Positions 21,067 to 30,279 of a stretch of DNA of 64,000 bases are shown in pieces. A program made the translations under genes and the position numbers. The notes below the pieces were generated by a model. That model searched no databases. It was not told the DNA's origin and saw nothing but the letters and a program-made list of their open reading frames with translations. Source of the stretch: an uncultured Spirochaetota bacterium (GTDB taxonomy: Bacteria; Spirochaetota; Brevinematia; Brevinematales; JAOACQ01); NCBI GenBank assembly GCA_963835575.1, contig CAWIGG010000006.1, positions 256,001-320,000 of the forward strand, given 5' to 3'. Each line of letters starts with the position of its first letter. Positions within the stretch are counted from its first letter, which is position 1.

Positions 21067-21861
21067 TTACCTCTTGAGGCTGTTTGCCGTGCCGAGCATT
21101 GAGTCGCTTGCCTGTATGGCGCGTGAATTGAATTCATAAGCCCTCTGCGCCACGATCATATCCACCATTTCCTCTACCGCGTTGACATTGGACATTTCAA
21201 GGAAGCCCTGGTGCAGTTTACCGTATCCTGCCAGAGATGCCGTTCCTTCGGTCGCGGGTCCGGAAGCCTGGCTTTCCTTCGTGAAATTCTCGCCGATGTT
21301 GGTGAGGCCCGCCGGGTTAATGAAGCGGTAAAGTGAAATTTTTCCCACTTCGACGTCTTCGTCGCTGCCCTCCGTCTTGACCGTCACAGTTCCGTCCACG
21401 CCTATGCTGAGGGTCCCGCCGTTAAAATTTTCCGGCAGGACTACGGGCGGAAAAAGCCTGTATCCCTGCGATGTGACAATTTCCATGTTGGAATCGATTT
21501 TAAAAGAGCCGTCTCTTGTATAGGCGTTCGTGCCGTCCGGCAGGGTAACGCCGATAAAGCCTTCGCCCTCAATGGCTACGTCCAGTTTGTTGCCTGTATT
21601 TTGAAGATTCCCCTGTGTGTAAAACTTCTGTGTGGCGGCCGGCCTGACTCCCAGGCCTGTCTGTATGCCGATCGGATACTGGCTGATCTCGGACAATGGC
21701 GTGCCTGCCAGGCGCTGAGTCTGGTAGAGCAGGTCTTCGAATTCAGCCCTTGTCCTTTTAAAACCCGTTGTGTTCACATTGGCCAGATTATTGGCTATTG
21801 TGTCGATATGGAACTGCTCCCCGATCATCCCGGAAGCGGCTGTCCAGAGTGCTCTCATCAT
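21067..21861 (-). CDS. flgG: Flagellar basal-body distal rod protein
   Basis: Start MMRALWTAASGM after GGGAGG; IANNLANVNTTGFK, YTRDGSF, LEMSNVN.VEEM.DMI.AQRAYE. Confidence 0.95.
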   Translation of the reverse strand: MMRALWTAASGMIGEQFHIDTIANNLANVNTTGFKRTRAEFEDLLYQTQRLAGTPLSEISQYPIGIQTGLGVRPAATQKFYTQGNLQNTGNKLDVAIEGEGFIGVTLPDGTNAYTRDGSFKIDSNMEIVTSQGYRLFPPVVLPENFNGGTLSIGVDGTVTVKTEGSDEDVEVGKISLYRFINPAGLTNIGENFTKESQASGPATEGTASLAGYGKLHQGFLEMSNVNAVEEMVDMIVAQRAYEFNSRAIQASDSMLGTANSLKR

Positions 21862-22057
21862 AAATAGATTCCTCCCGAAAAAAAATCTTTCCTTTCCCCT
21901 TCTGCCGCATCCCTGAAGATACGGTAGAGGAGGAAAGATAAAGAGATATTTAAACCATCGGTAAAATAAGAAATTTATTAAGAAAAACAGGGATAATTGT
22001 TTTTTCATCGCTGTTTACTTATAATAATGCTTCAGATAGTTAACTGCGGGTATTAAG

Positions 22058-22951
22058 ATGAAAAATTGGATAAAAATAATATTTTACAGCCTGCTGTTTC
22101 CCATGCTTTTGTTTCATTTATCTTTCGGTCAGGAAAACAATCATTCCTGGGTGAAAATAAAAGAGATTAAATTAACTAACGCTGTCAATATCGCCGGGTT
22201 TTTTAACTCTGATTCCGGCGCCGCCGCCTGCCGTGATTTGATTATTTCTTATCATTCGGGTAAAACCATGGTCTGGAAATTTAAAAATAACTCCGATCGG
22301 TATTTTTGCGGGTTTGATTTTATTGGCAATGATACAGTCATTCTATCCGGGGCATACGGTATAATTTTTATAACAAAGAACGGCGGCTTTTCATGGAAGG
22401 AAATAGCGTATGCTCAGAATGCGGTCTGGGATATCCAGTTTAAATCGCTCAGTTTTATCAGTTCCGGCGAGGGATGGCTCGCCAACAGTTCCTCGGTATT
22501 CAAAATCTCGGATAAGGGTAAAAAATGGGAAGAGTTAAAGCTGCCGCCTGATTCGGGTTTCATTGCGGCCGTATTTTTGAGGAATAAGGAAGAAGGTTAT
22601 ATATTAAATAATAAAGGCGTTCTGTACAGAACAGCCGATGCCGGGAAGAATTGGGATTATTCTCTGCTGAACTTCGGCGGGGGAACTCCAATGCTCACAC
22701 TCTCATCAATGCAGAATCCGCCTCTTGCGGCTATACAATTCAGCGACATGAAAAAAGGTTCGGTAGTTATTTACTTTATTAAACCGGAAAGGCAATGGGC
22801 GGAATTCCATACTTCCGATGGGGGGAAAACCTGGAAAGGGATAATTATCCCCCATAAAGATCTCGGCTCGGTTTATCTGAGCCGGAACGGAAAATTCCTG
22901 ACCATTACCGACACGATCGACAGGAAAATCTTTCTTTTCAAAAAAAAATAA
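22058..22951 (+). CDS. Secreted YCF48/BNR-repeat (Asp-box) protein
   Basis: Signal peptide; repeated TxDGGxxW-like motifs (TKNGGFSW, SDKGKKW, TADAGKNW, TSDGGKTW). Confidence 0.75.
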   Translation: MKNWIKIIFYSLLFPMLLFHLSFGQENNHSWVKIKEIKLTNAVNIAGFFNSDSGAAACRDLIISYHSGKTMVWKFKNNSDRYFCGFDFIGNDTVILSGAYGIIFITKNGGFSWKEIAYAQNAVWDIQFKSLSFISSGEGWLANSSSVFKISDKGKKWEELKLPPDSGFIAAVFLRNKEEGYILNNKGVLYRTADAGKNWDYSLLNFGGGTPMLTLSSMQNPPLAAIQFSDMKKGSVVIYFIKPERQWAEFHTSDGGKTWKGIIIPHKDLGSVYLSRNGKFLTITDTIDRKIFLFKKK

Positions 22952-23095
22952 TGTCTGCCTCACCCCGCCTCGCAAGGCTCGGGAACCGCTGGAGAGGGGG
23001 ACGGGGGTGAAGCAGGCAAAATCCAACAAACGGAGTATTGAACCGGAATAAATTAACATATATAATTATAGTACATAATATATCAGGAGTTCTTC

Positions 23096-23983
23096 ATGTC
23101 TGAAGGGAAAAAAATGGTTATCTCGCTCGTCATTTTTGTCGTTTTCTTTGTTGTTCTGGTGATTGTGCTGAACAGGGAAAAGAACAAAAGGGATATGGCC
23201 GATGTCGATACGAATATCATTCAGGGAATGGTTTTTGTCAAGGGCGGGACATTTGATATGGGTACTTCGAATGGGGATAAATACGATATGCCTCTGCATA
23301 TGGTGACGCTCAGCGATTTTTATATAGGGAAATATGAAATTACTTATAAGGAATATGACCGCTTCTGCATCGCCGCAGGTTACAGGGTACCGGATGATAA
23401 AGATATGGGCAGGGGCAATAAACCGGTTATGGATGTAAACTGGAGGGACGCAACTGTCTTCTGCAACTGGAAGAGCGCTCAGGAAGGCTTTCCCGCCGCC
23501 TATGACACCAATACCGGCGGACTGCTGGATTCGAAGGGAAAAATCACCCATGACATCACAAAGGTGCTTGGCTGCCGGCTGCCTACGGAAGCCGAATGGG
23601 AATTCGCGGCGCGGGGCGGTGTTAAATCAAAAGGATATATTTACAGCGGCAGCGATAACCCGGATGAAGTGGCCTGGTATGCCGAGAATACTTATTTTAA
23701 AACTTCCGTAGTCGGCAAGTTAAAGCCAAACGAACTCGGGATTTACGATATGAGCGGGAATCTCTGGGAATACTGCAATGACTGGTATACTCCGTCCGCC
23801 GGTACGGAAAGCGTCACCAATCCGGCGGGCCCTCAGACCGGAAAAGAGCATATTGTCCGCGGGGGCTGTTATAAGAGCAGGCCGGATTTCGCGTTAAAAC
23901 TCAGAAAGGGCAACCGGTATTTTTACTTTCTCTCCCGCCGCGGCTATATTACCGGCTTCCGCATAGCACGGTCTGCGCCTTGA
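23096..23983 (+). CDS. Formylglycine-generating enzyme (SUMF1) domain protein
   Basis: GGTFDMG, IGKYEIT, RLPTEAEWEFAARGG, PNELGIYDMSGNLWEYC, GFRIAR. Confidence 0.9.
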   Translation: MSEGKKMVISLVIFVVFFVVLVIVLNREKNKRDMADVDTNIIQGMVFVKGGTFDMGTSNGDKYDMPLHMVTLSDFYIGKYEITYKEYDRFCIAAGYRVPDDKDMGRGNKPVMDVNWRDATVFCNWKSAQEGFPAAYDTNTGGLLDSKGKITHDITKVLGCRLPTEAEWEFAARGGVKSKGYIYSGSDNPDEVAWYAENTYFKTSVVGKLKPNELGIYDMSGNLWEYCNDWYTPSAGTESVTNPAGPQTGKEHIVRGGCYKSRPDFALKLRKGNRYFYFLSRRGYITGFRIARSAP

Positions 23984-24026
23984 AAATTTATACAAATATT
24001 CTTGATAAAAAATAAAATATTTCATT

Positions 24027-24305
24027 AAACACCAAGGTCACCAAGGGCACAAGGAAACACAAAGTTTAGGGCAGTTCTAAAAATCAAAAAATTCTTATTA
24101 ATTAAGAACTTATTATTCTTTCAGTACAATATTTTTGGCATTTCCAAAAACACTAATTTGCTATTCATGGTAGTTTTTGGAAATACCCTTAATAAAATTT
24201 CTATTTTTATTTCAATCAGTATATTAAATTTCATTATCATAAATAAAATAAAAGGTAGTATATAATTATTTTGGTGTTTCTTGGTATTTTGGCGTTTTTG
24301 TGGTT
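24027..24305. repeat. Periodic-arm inverted repeat (CACCAAG/CACAAAG units) with a nested CATTTCCAAAAAC palindrome
   Basis: Arms 24027-24064 and 24270-24305; inner GGCATTTCCAAAAAC...GTTTTTGGAAATACC 24137-24187. Confidence 0.7.
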
Positions 24306-24356
24306 GGCAAAAAGAATTTAACCTGAATCGGGAATCCTAAATGATTAAAAAGCTTT

Positions 24357-25283
24357 TTATTTTTCTATGAACGATTTAATATAATCATAAACTTTTTTGT
24401 AAGTCGAATTATACATGGTCAGCAGGTGGCGCGTGTGTTTCCAGCCGTCCAGGCTGAATTCGATTTTCTGCTTATCGGCCGATGAGATATGGCTGTAGAT
24501 ATAAGCCATGTTCTCAAAAGGAACTGTTCTGTCTCCCCTGCAGTGCATGAGCAATGCGGGAATTTTTATTTTATTGAGGTTTTTCCTTGTCTCCCTCATT
24601 CCCATGAGCATGCTGTATATCTGGCGCGGGAAAACCCCATAGAAACCAAGCCAATTGGCGCCGTCGTCGTCAGTTTTTTTGTTATCCTTCTCAATATATG
24701 GTATTTCGCTGATAAGCCATGATATTAACCTGATCATATACAGTTTCCAGTCATAAAGAACACGCTCAAAAATATTATTTATAAAAACAGGTGTGGAGAT
24801 GCTTATGATTTTTTTCATGGCCAGCTTTTTATCGCCGCCGAAATCCTCGGCAAGCCTTAAAGCAAGCATTCCCCCGAATGATAGACCGCAGACAAACACT
24901 TCCTTATACTTCGGCCTGTATTCCAGGTAGGTGTCTTTCAGGCTTTTATACCACTGGGCAAAGCATGTTTTTTTAAAAAAAGCTTTTGTGGTCCCGAACC
25001 CGTAATGACGTGGGATCAGTACGTTATAATCGCTTGAGAGCAGTACGCCGATTTTTTTCCAGTCAAAAGGAGTGCTCGGGAATCCATGGAGAAGTATGAC
25101 AAGCCTGGAGGACTTTTTATTCGCGTAAAACTGTTCTTTCGCGTTTTTGTCCATCAGGGGGGGCTCGTCATTCCTGTCATAAGCGTCTCTTTCAGTATAA
25201 AAAACCGGGAAGCTCCCGGAAATATAAATCAGCGCGATCAATATTAAAATGATAATGACGGCGATTATTAAAATATTAATCAT
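24357..25283 (-). CDS. Alpha/beta hydrolase (carboxylesterase-like)
   Basis: LLHGFPSTP, GLSFGG nucleophile elbow, D...H triad; N-terminal TM segment. Confidence 0.85.
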   Translation of the reverse strand: MINILIIAVIIILILIALIYISGSFPVFYTERDAYDRNDEPPLMDKNAKEQFYANKKSSRLVILLHGFPSTPFDWKKIGVLLSSDYNVLIPRHYGFGTTKAFFKKTCFAQWYKSLKDTYLEYRPKYKEVFVCGLSFGGMLALRLAEDFGGDKKLAMKKIISISTPVFINNIFERVLYDWKLYMIRLISWLISEIPYIEKDNKKTDDDGANWLGFYGVFPRQIYSMLMGMRETRKNLNKIKIPALLMHCRGDRTVPFENMAYIYSHISSADKQKIEFSLDGWKHTRHLLTMYNSTYKKVYDYIKSFIEK

Positions 25284-25435
25284 AAATGCATCCTTAGCTA
25301 TTTATTGATATCATTTTATCATTTATTTTGATAGTATGCAATAAGCCGCAGAATTTCACAGAACTACACTGAATTATAATATGATATTTAATTTAAGGAT
25401 AAAGTTTTCAGAATTATGATTAAAAAAATTTAATA

Positions 25436-27011
25436 CCTAAATTCCCAGAGTTCCGCGATTTCCGCTTGAAATCAGCCTTGCGCGGCACTGCTTGGCATCG
25501 GTTTATCATCCCAGTCTCGCGGCTGCTGCAATTACAAGCCTTGGCGATGCCTGAATACTCGTAAATCCACAAATTCCGCTGCTCCGGGCGCAACACACCC
25601 TTGTGGCGGCCTTCACATCATCCGGTTGGGAACTCGCTATATCTGCAGCTCACATAAGTGGCAGTAAAATTTCCGCCACCGGTCCTTATCCGCAAAATAA
25701 CGGCTCAACACCAGTTTTACCTGATGGCCCTGTCTCACGATTTTCCCCGCAACCCGAATAAACCACGCCCGGAATGTTTCCGGTTCTTCCCGGTGACTTT
25801 TCCGGTCAACCAGATACCGCATCCAGATTCCAACGTTATACGCCAGCACGCTGCAGCTCCACAGAAAATCATTCACCCAGAAATCTTGCGTCAGAAGCAT
25901 CCCGGCGAACATCTGCTGCTTCACGGCTTCGATCCAGTTTTCACACGTACCCCGGTCACCGTAAAATTTATGGCCCTGCCAAGGTTTCAAACGCATATTC
26001 GTACAATAGCAAAAATAGTCATAAACCGCTTTCGGGAATACCAGCCCTTCCGTTTCTATCCGGATCAGCTTTCTGACAGCTATGAACCGCCTCGCATGTT
26101 TCCATCCATGCGCCCGGTACTCAAATTCCGCCTGTTCCCAGCCGCTTCGATCCGGAACCGCTGTCCAACCCCTGTTTTCCAGAAACGCCGCGAGGTTTTT
26201 CATTTTGGCTTTGACCAGAAAAAAAGCCCCTTTCATTTCTTCGATGACATCGAAAATCCTTCCGTCGAAAAATCCGCTGTCCATCCGGAACACAAGTTTT
26301 TTCCAGCCGGTATGGAGTATTCCGTAAATGTGCCGGATAAATTCAGGCGCGTTATTCGCTGTGTAAGCGTCGCCCGGCCTGAAATAGGAGAGAATACATT
26401 CCCTTGTGCTGTTCAGGAATGCCAGAAGCGGATGATAGCTCTTCGCTCCCTTTTTATGCGGATTGTAGCCTGCCGCCGCTCCTTCCTGGCTTCCGTAAAC
26501 CGTCTTGACGGTCGAATCGCAGTCCACGATTTTCGTTTTTACCCGGAACTTCGCGTGGACTTTGCGGGAAAGCTTTCCGTTCAACTCATTCATCGCGTAA
26601 GATTCTTTCATACCAACGTTTTCAATCCGCTTGATGATCGTAGAATCACTGATCGGCCCTTTCAAGCCCAGAGCTGCCCGGAACAATGGATCTTCAGTAA
26701 AATTCTCGACCTTCTTGATCCGGTTATACCCTGCCATCAGCGCGCACACGATTCCCGTAATAATTTGCTCGAACGAGAATTTCTGGTTACAATATTCCCG
26801 CGCTGGAATAAATTTTTTGAGCAACTGATTGAACCCAATCTTTTTCAAAAATACCAGCACGGGATAAATCCCGCTCACGCTGCTCAAATCCTGCGCCGTA
26901 AAACCAACTTTGATGTTTTTCACCATTTGGGTGCTCCTTCTGTTGTTTTGTAAAGCAATATATTATAACAGATTGGGGCCCCATTTGGTATTTTTACTTT
27001 GGGAATTTAGG
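25436..27011 (-). mobile_element. IS1380 family element (1576 bp)
   Basis: IRs CCTAAATTCCCAGAGT / CCTAAATTCCCAAAGT; 5-bp TSD TAATA at 25431-25435 and 27012-27016. Confidence 0.92.
25637..26926 (-). CDS. IS1380 family transposase
   Basis: DCDSTV..VYG.QEGA..GYNP.KKG..SYHPL, RMDSGF, YGDRGTCENWI. Confidence 0.93.
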   Translation of the reverse strand: MVKNIKVGFTAQDLSSVSGIYPVLVFLKKIGFNQLLKKFIPAREYCNQKFSFEQIITGIVCALMAGYNRIKKVENFTEDPLFRAALGLKGPISDSTIIKRIENVGMKESYAMNELNGKLSRKVHAKFRVKTKIVDCDSTVKTVYGSQEGAAAGYNPHKKGAKSYHPLLAFLNSTRECILSYFRPGDAYTANNAPEFIRHIYGILHTGWKKLVFRMDSGFFDGRIFDVIEEMKGAFFLVKAKMKNLAAFLENRGWTAVPDRSGWEQAEFEYRAHGWKHARRFIAVRKLIRIETEGLVFPKAVYDYFCYCTNMRLKPWQGHKFYGDRGTCENWIEAVKQQMFAGMLLTQDFWVNDFLWSCSVLAYNVGIWMRYLVDRKSHREEPETFRAWFIRVAGKIVRQGHQVKLVLSRYFADKDRWRKFYCHLCELQI

Positions 27012-27201
27012 TAATAATTTATTTCCGTGATCTTCTGTGAAATTCTGTGGCTGATTCATTGGAATTGGAAAAGTCTTGAGTTGTCGATGAAAAAGCATTA
27101 TTTTCCACTCAGGCCGTAATTTCAATTTTGACAAAAAAATGATAGTAAGATATTATTATATCCGCAGTATGTCAATAATTAAAAGAGGGAACGGTTTTAT
27201 T

Positions 27202-28920
27202 ATGAATGTTTATAAAAGGCTTGCCGGATACACTTTAAAACACAAATTTCTTTTAATCTTTTGTCTCTTTTTTGTTATGATCTATGTTGCCAGCCAGATC
27301 GGCGGGATCCAGTCGGCAGGCACTTTCTTTTCCAATGCCTTTATCGGGAAAAATTTCGAGAAGGTCAATCTGACCAGCATCCTGGTTTTATTGGCTTTCG
27401 GACTGGTTTACGCCCTTTCTCATTATCTGATATTCCTGGCATCCAACACACTGGCCGTGAATGTCATGCATGATATCCGCAGGGACATTTTCAGGAAGAT
27501 GGTGGATATGCCCCTCTTTTATTATAAGAAAAACAAAACGGGAGAGATATTGTCCCGCATATTAAATGATATAGGCGTCATAGAGATCTTTTTTATGAAT
27601 ATAGCCGTGGAGCTTTTTGCCCAGCCGCTGACGCTTGTCTCTGTTGTGGTCTTTATGTTTATTATTAACGCTAAAATATCCATTTTCTTTTTTGCCATCG
27701 CTCCGGTCCTGGCGGTAGTACTGGGAAGCCTGGGGGCCGTTGTCCAGAAGATGAGCCTGGGCGTTCAGAAAAATATTTCCGACATAACCTCTAATATTCA
27801 GGAAGCGGTTTATGGAATGGAGATCATCAAGGGTTACGGGGTGGAAGAGACAATAAAAAATAAATTCGCCGCCGCGAACAACAGCCACCTCCAGGCGACC
27901 CGGAAGGAAATGAAGGTCCGTTTTTTAGGCACCCCGTCGGCTGAATTCCTGGGCGTCGCCGGCGTACTGATCATTCTGATTTTAGGCGCGGTGAGCGTGC
28001 AGAAGGGGGTCGCGTCGGCGCAGGAGATAGTCAACTTTATCTTCCTGGCTTTTATACTGGCCCAGCCCCTCAGCCGTTCCACGGACATCTTTATGATCTT
28101 GAGGAAGCTGAAGCCGGCCGCCGACAGGGTGTTTGAGGTGATTGACTCAAAAGAAAGAGAACACACACTGCTTCCCTCCATCGGGGAAATCGAAGGGAAT
28201 ATCGAGTTCAGAAAACTGACCTTTCAGTATGAAGATGAACGCACCGCGCTCTCCGGAATAAGCCTGAAAATAAAGAAAGGCGAAACGGTGGCGATAGTCG
28301 GGCACAGCGGGGCCGGGAAATCAACACTTATTTCCCTTATCCCGGTTTTTTACATGCCGACTAAAGGGGAGATTTTAATAGATGATAAAAACACCATACT
28401 TTACAATCCCCTGTCCCTGCGCAAGCAGATCAGTCTAGTGACACAGGAAAATATACTCTTTTCCGGCTCGATTCAAGAAAACATCAGGCTGTCCAGGCCG
28501 GAAGCTTCCGAAAAAGAGGTGAGGGAGGCGGCCCGTGTCGCCAACGCGGAAACTTTTATCTCAAAACTGCCCGAAGGCTATGAAACCGTGCTGGGCGAGC
28601 GCGGGGTCCGTCTATCCGGAGGCGAAAAACAGCGCATTGCCCTGGCCAGGGCAATCCTCAGGAAGCCGAAAATCCTCATCATGGACGAGGCGACAAGCTC
28701 GCTGGACGCCGAATCGGAACAGCTCATCCAGAAGGCGATGAAAAAAATCCTCGGCCAGCAGACAACTATAATTGTCTCCCATAAACTTTCCACCATCATG
28801 AACGCCGACAGGATTGTTGTCATGGAAAACGGGAAAATTGTCGAAATCGGTACTCATCAGGAACTCCTGGACGAGCGCGGCATCTATCAAAAACTTTTTC
28901 AGATACAGGTGGATGTTTGA
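27202..28920 (+). CDS. MsbA-like ABC exporter (fused TMD-NBD)
   Basis: TM domain, GHSGAGKS, LSGGEKQR, IMDEATSSLD; likely start ATG 27202. Confidence 0.9.
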   Translation: MNVYKRLAGYTLKHKFLLIFCLFFVMIYVASQIGGIQSAGTFFSNAFIGKNFEKVNLTSILVLLAFGLVYALSHYLIFLASNTLAVNVMHDIRRDIFRKMVDMPLFYYKKNKTGEILSRILNDIGVIEIFFMNIAVELFAQPLTLVSVVVFMFIINAKISIFFFAIAPVLAVVLGSLGAVVQKMSLGVQKNISDITSNIQEAVYGMEIIKGYGVEETIKNKFAAANNSHLQATRKEMKVRFLGTPSAEFLGVAGVLIILILGAVSVQKGVASAQEIVNFIFLAFILAQPLSRSTDIFMILRKLKPAADRVFEVIDSKEREHTLLPSIGEIEGNIEFRKLTFQYEDERTALSGISLKIKKGETVAIVGHSGAGKSTLISLIPVFYMPTKGEILIDDKNTILYNPLSLRKQISLVTQENILFSGSIQENIRLSRPEASEKEVREAARVANAETFISKLPEGYETVLGERGVRLSGGEKQRIALARAILRKPKILIMDEATSSLDAESEQLIQKAMKKILGQQTTIIVSHKLSTIMNADRIVVMENGKIVEIGTHQELLDERGIYQKLFQIQVDV

Positions 28921-29028
28921 TACTATCAGGTTTTCGCAATGAGGCGGGGCAAGAAATCGGAAGCTTATGTGGGACAGTTATAATTATTGTTATGTGGACG
29001 CTGGTGCGCGAAAGAAAGAGAGAGATAA

Positions 29029-29895
29029 ATGGAATATTTAAGCCCTGGCAAAGCCATTATTCTCAAAAATAAAACATGTCCATATTGTGGTATTAAGTTA
29101 TCAGATGAGAATACTACAAAGGAACATGTGATTGGCAGGAATTTTGTACCTAAAGGTTCATTGGAAAAATCTTGGAATTTAATCTTATATACTTGTTCAA
29201 AATGCAATAATGATAAGTCAAACCTCGAAGATGATATTTCCGCAATAACTCAAATCAATTCACCATTTGTAGTAAAGAATCCCAAGTTTAGGAATGAATT
29301 AGACAGTAAGATTAAAAAGTCATTTAGCAGAAGGACTGGCAAGACAATATCTGAAAGTAGTGAAAAAATAGAAATTCCAGTGAATTATGGATCAAGTGTA
29401 AAAATGACATTTTCACTCGTTACTAATCCGCAGATTAATGAAGAACGATCCAATGCTTTGGCTTTAATGCATTTAATGGCTTTTTTTTACCTTTTAACCT
29501 ATGAAGAAGATAAACAAATCGGTCATTTCTGGCCTGGTTCTTTCTTTTGCCTTAAAAGCTCAATTCGTTCTGATTGGGGAAATGAAATCAGTAAGCAATA
29601 TAAAGCATTAATATCAAATTGGGAATTTAGATTTAATGGCATTGCAGCAGAAGATAATTTTAAATGTAATATTCGAAAGAATCTGGAATTAGAATGTTGG
29701 TCCTGGGCTCTGGAATGGAATCAAAGCCTTAGATTAATTGGGTTTTTTGGAAAAGATGAATCAATAAATGAAATAGTTGCAGGTATTAAATTACCAGAAC
29801 CGGACATAGTATTAAATGGGGGAAGGTTATATCGAGAAAAATCATTGCTGGATAATGAAGATGATCTTTTCCAAGATGAAGAATCAAGTACTTAA
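29029..29895 (+). CDS. HNH endonuclease family protein (AT-rich, cassette-like)
   Basis: CPYCG...TKEHVI...CSKCNNDKS zinc-HNH motif. Confidence 0.8.
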   Translation: MEYLSPGKAIILKNKTCPYCGIKLSDENTTKEHVIGRNFVPKGSLEKSWNLILYTCSKCNNDKSNLEDDISAITQINSPFVVKNPKFRNELDSKIKKSFSRRTGKTISESSEKIEIPVNYGSSVKMTFSLVTNPQINEERSNALALMHLMAFFYLLTYEEDKQIGHFWPGSFFCLKSSIRSDWGNEISKQYKALISNWEFRFNGIAAEDNFKCNIRKNLELECWSWALEWNQSLRLIGFFGKDESINEIVAGIKLPEPDIVLNGGRLYREKSLLDNEDDLFQDEESST

Positions 29896-29938
29896 CATCG
29901 GCTTCAACCTGACTTGCAGGTTAAGTATAATGTATAAT
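29890..29938 (+). other. Degenerate integron attC-like site overlapping the HNH stop codon
   Basis: RYYYAAC (ACTTAAC)-5 nt-CTTCAACCTG...CAGGTTAAG with one unpaired base; distal GTTRRRY is decayed. Confidence 0.45.
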
Positions 29939-29985
29939 ATTTTTACATATATTTTGCCACTCTCCAGCCTAAAACCGTTGAAATT

Positions 29986-30279
29986 AAACATCCGTTCCCG
30001 AGGCCATTTTCCTCCAAACCCTAATCAGTAAAAATAAATATCTCGATTTATAGTTGTGTCATCCGCTATTATAATAGAAGAATTGAGGCACATATTTGCG
30101 GCAAGGATGCCGCAACCGACGCATAAAGCCATTGGACGGCGATATAAGGAGGCTATTTTAATCAGGGATCGTTTTTTTAAAAGCCGGATGACATACCTTC
30201 ATACAAACCGATAGCTTCGTATGAAAATGGCCTCGAAATAGGCATTTTTCTTTCGATTCACTTTCTTTTGTTGCCGCCG
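29986..30279. repeat. Structured ~320-nt repeat, copy 1 (continues 31954-31980 past the IS)
   Basis: Homologous to 52789-53075; several internal inverted repeats. Confidence 0.85.

Noticed and set aside
21862..22008. N-terminal extensions in the ORF track (flgG, also 31969, 45543, 27139, 19185, 63505)
   Set aside because: Downstream starts fit RBS position and/or family N-termini better.
23096..23983. DGR target (FGE-sulfatase/CLec-fold protein)
   Set aside because: No reverse transcriptase and no template repeat of its 3' end were seen in the window.
25658..26953. 431-aa ORF antisense to the IS1380 transposase
   Set aside because: It shadows the transposase in the mirrored codon register, has no recognisable motifs and no clear RBS; most likely a non-coding shadow frame.
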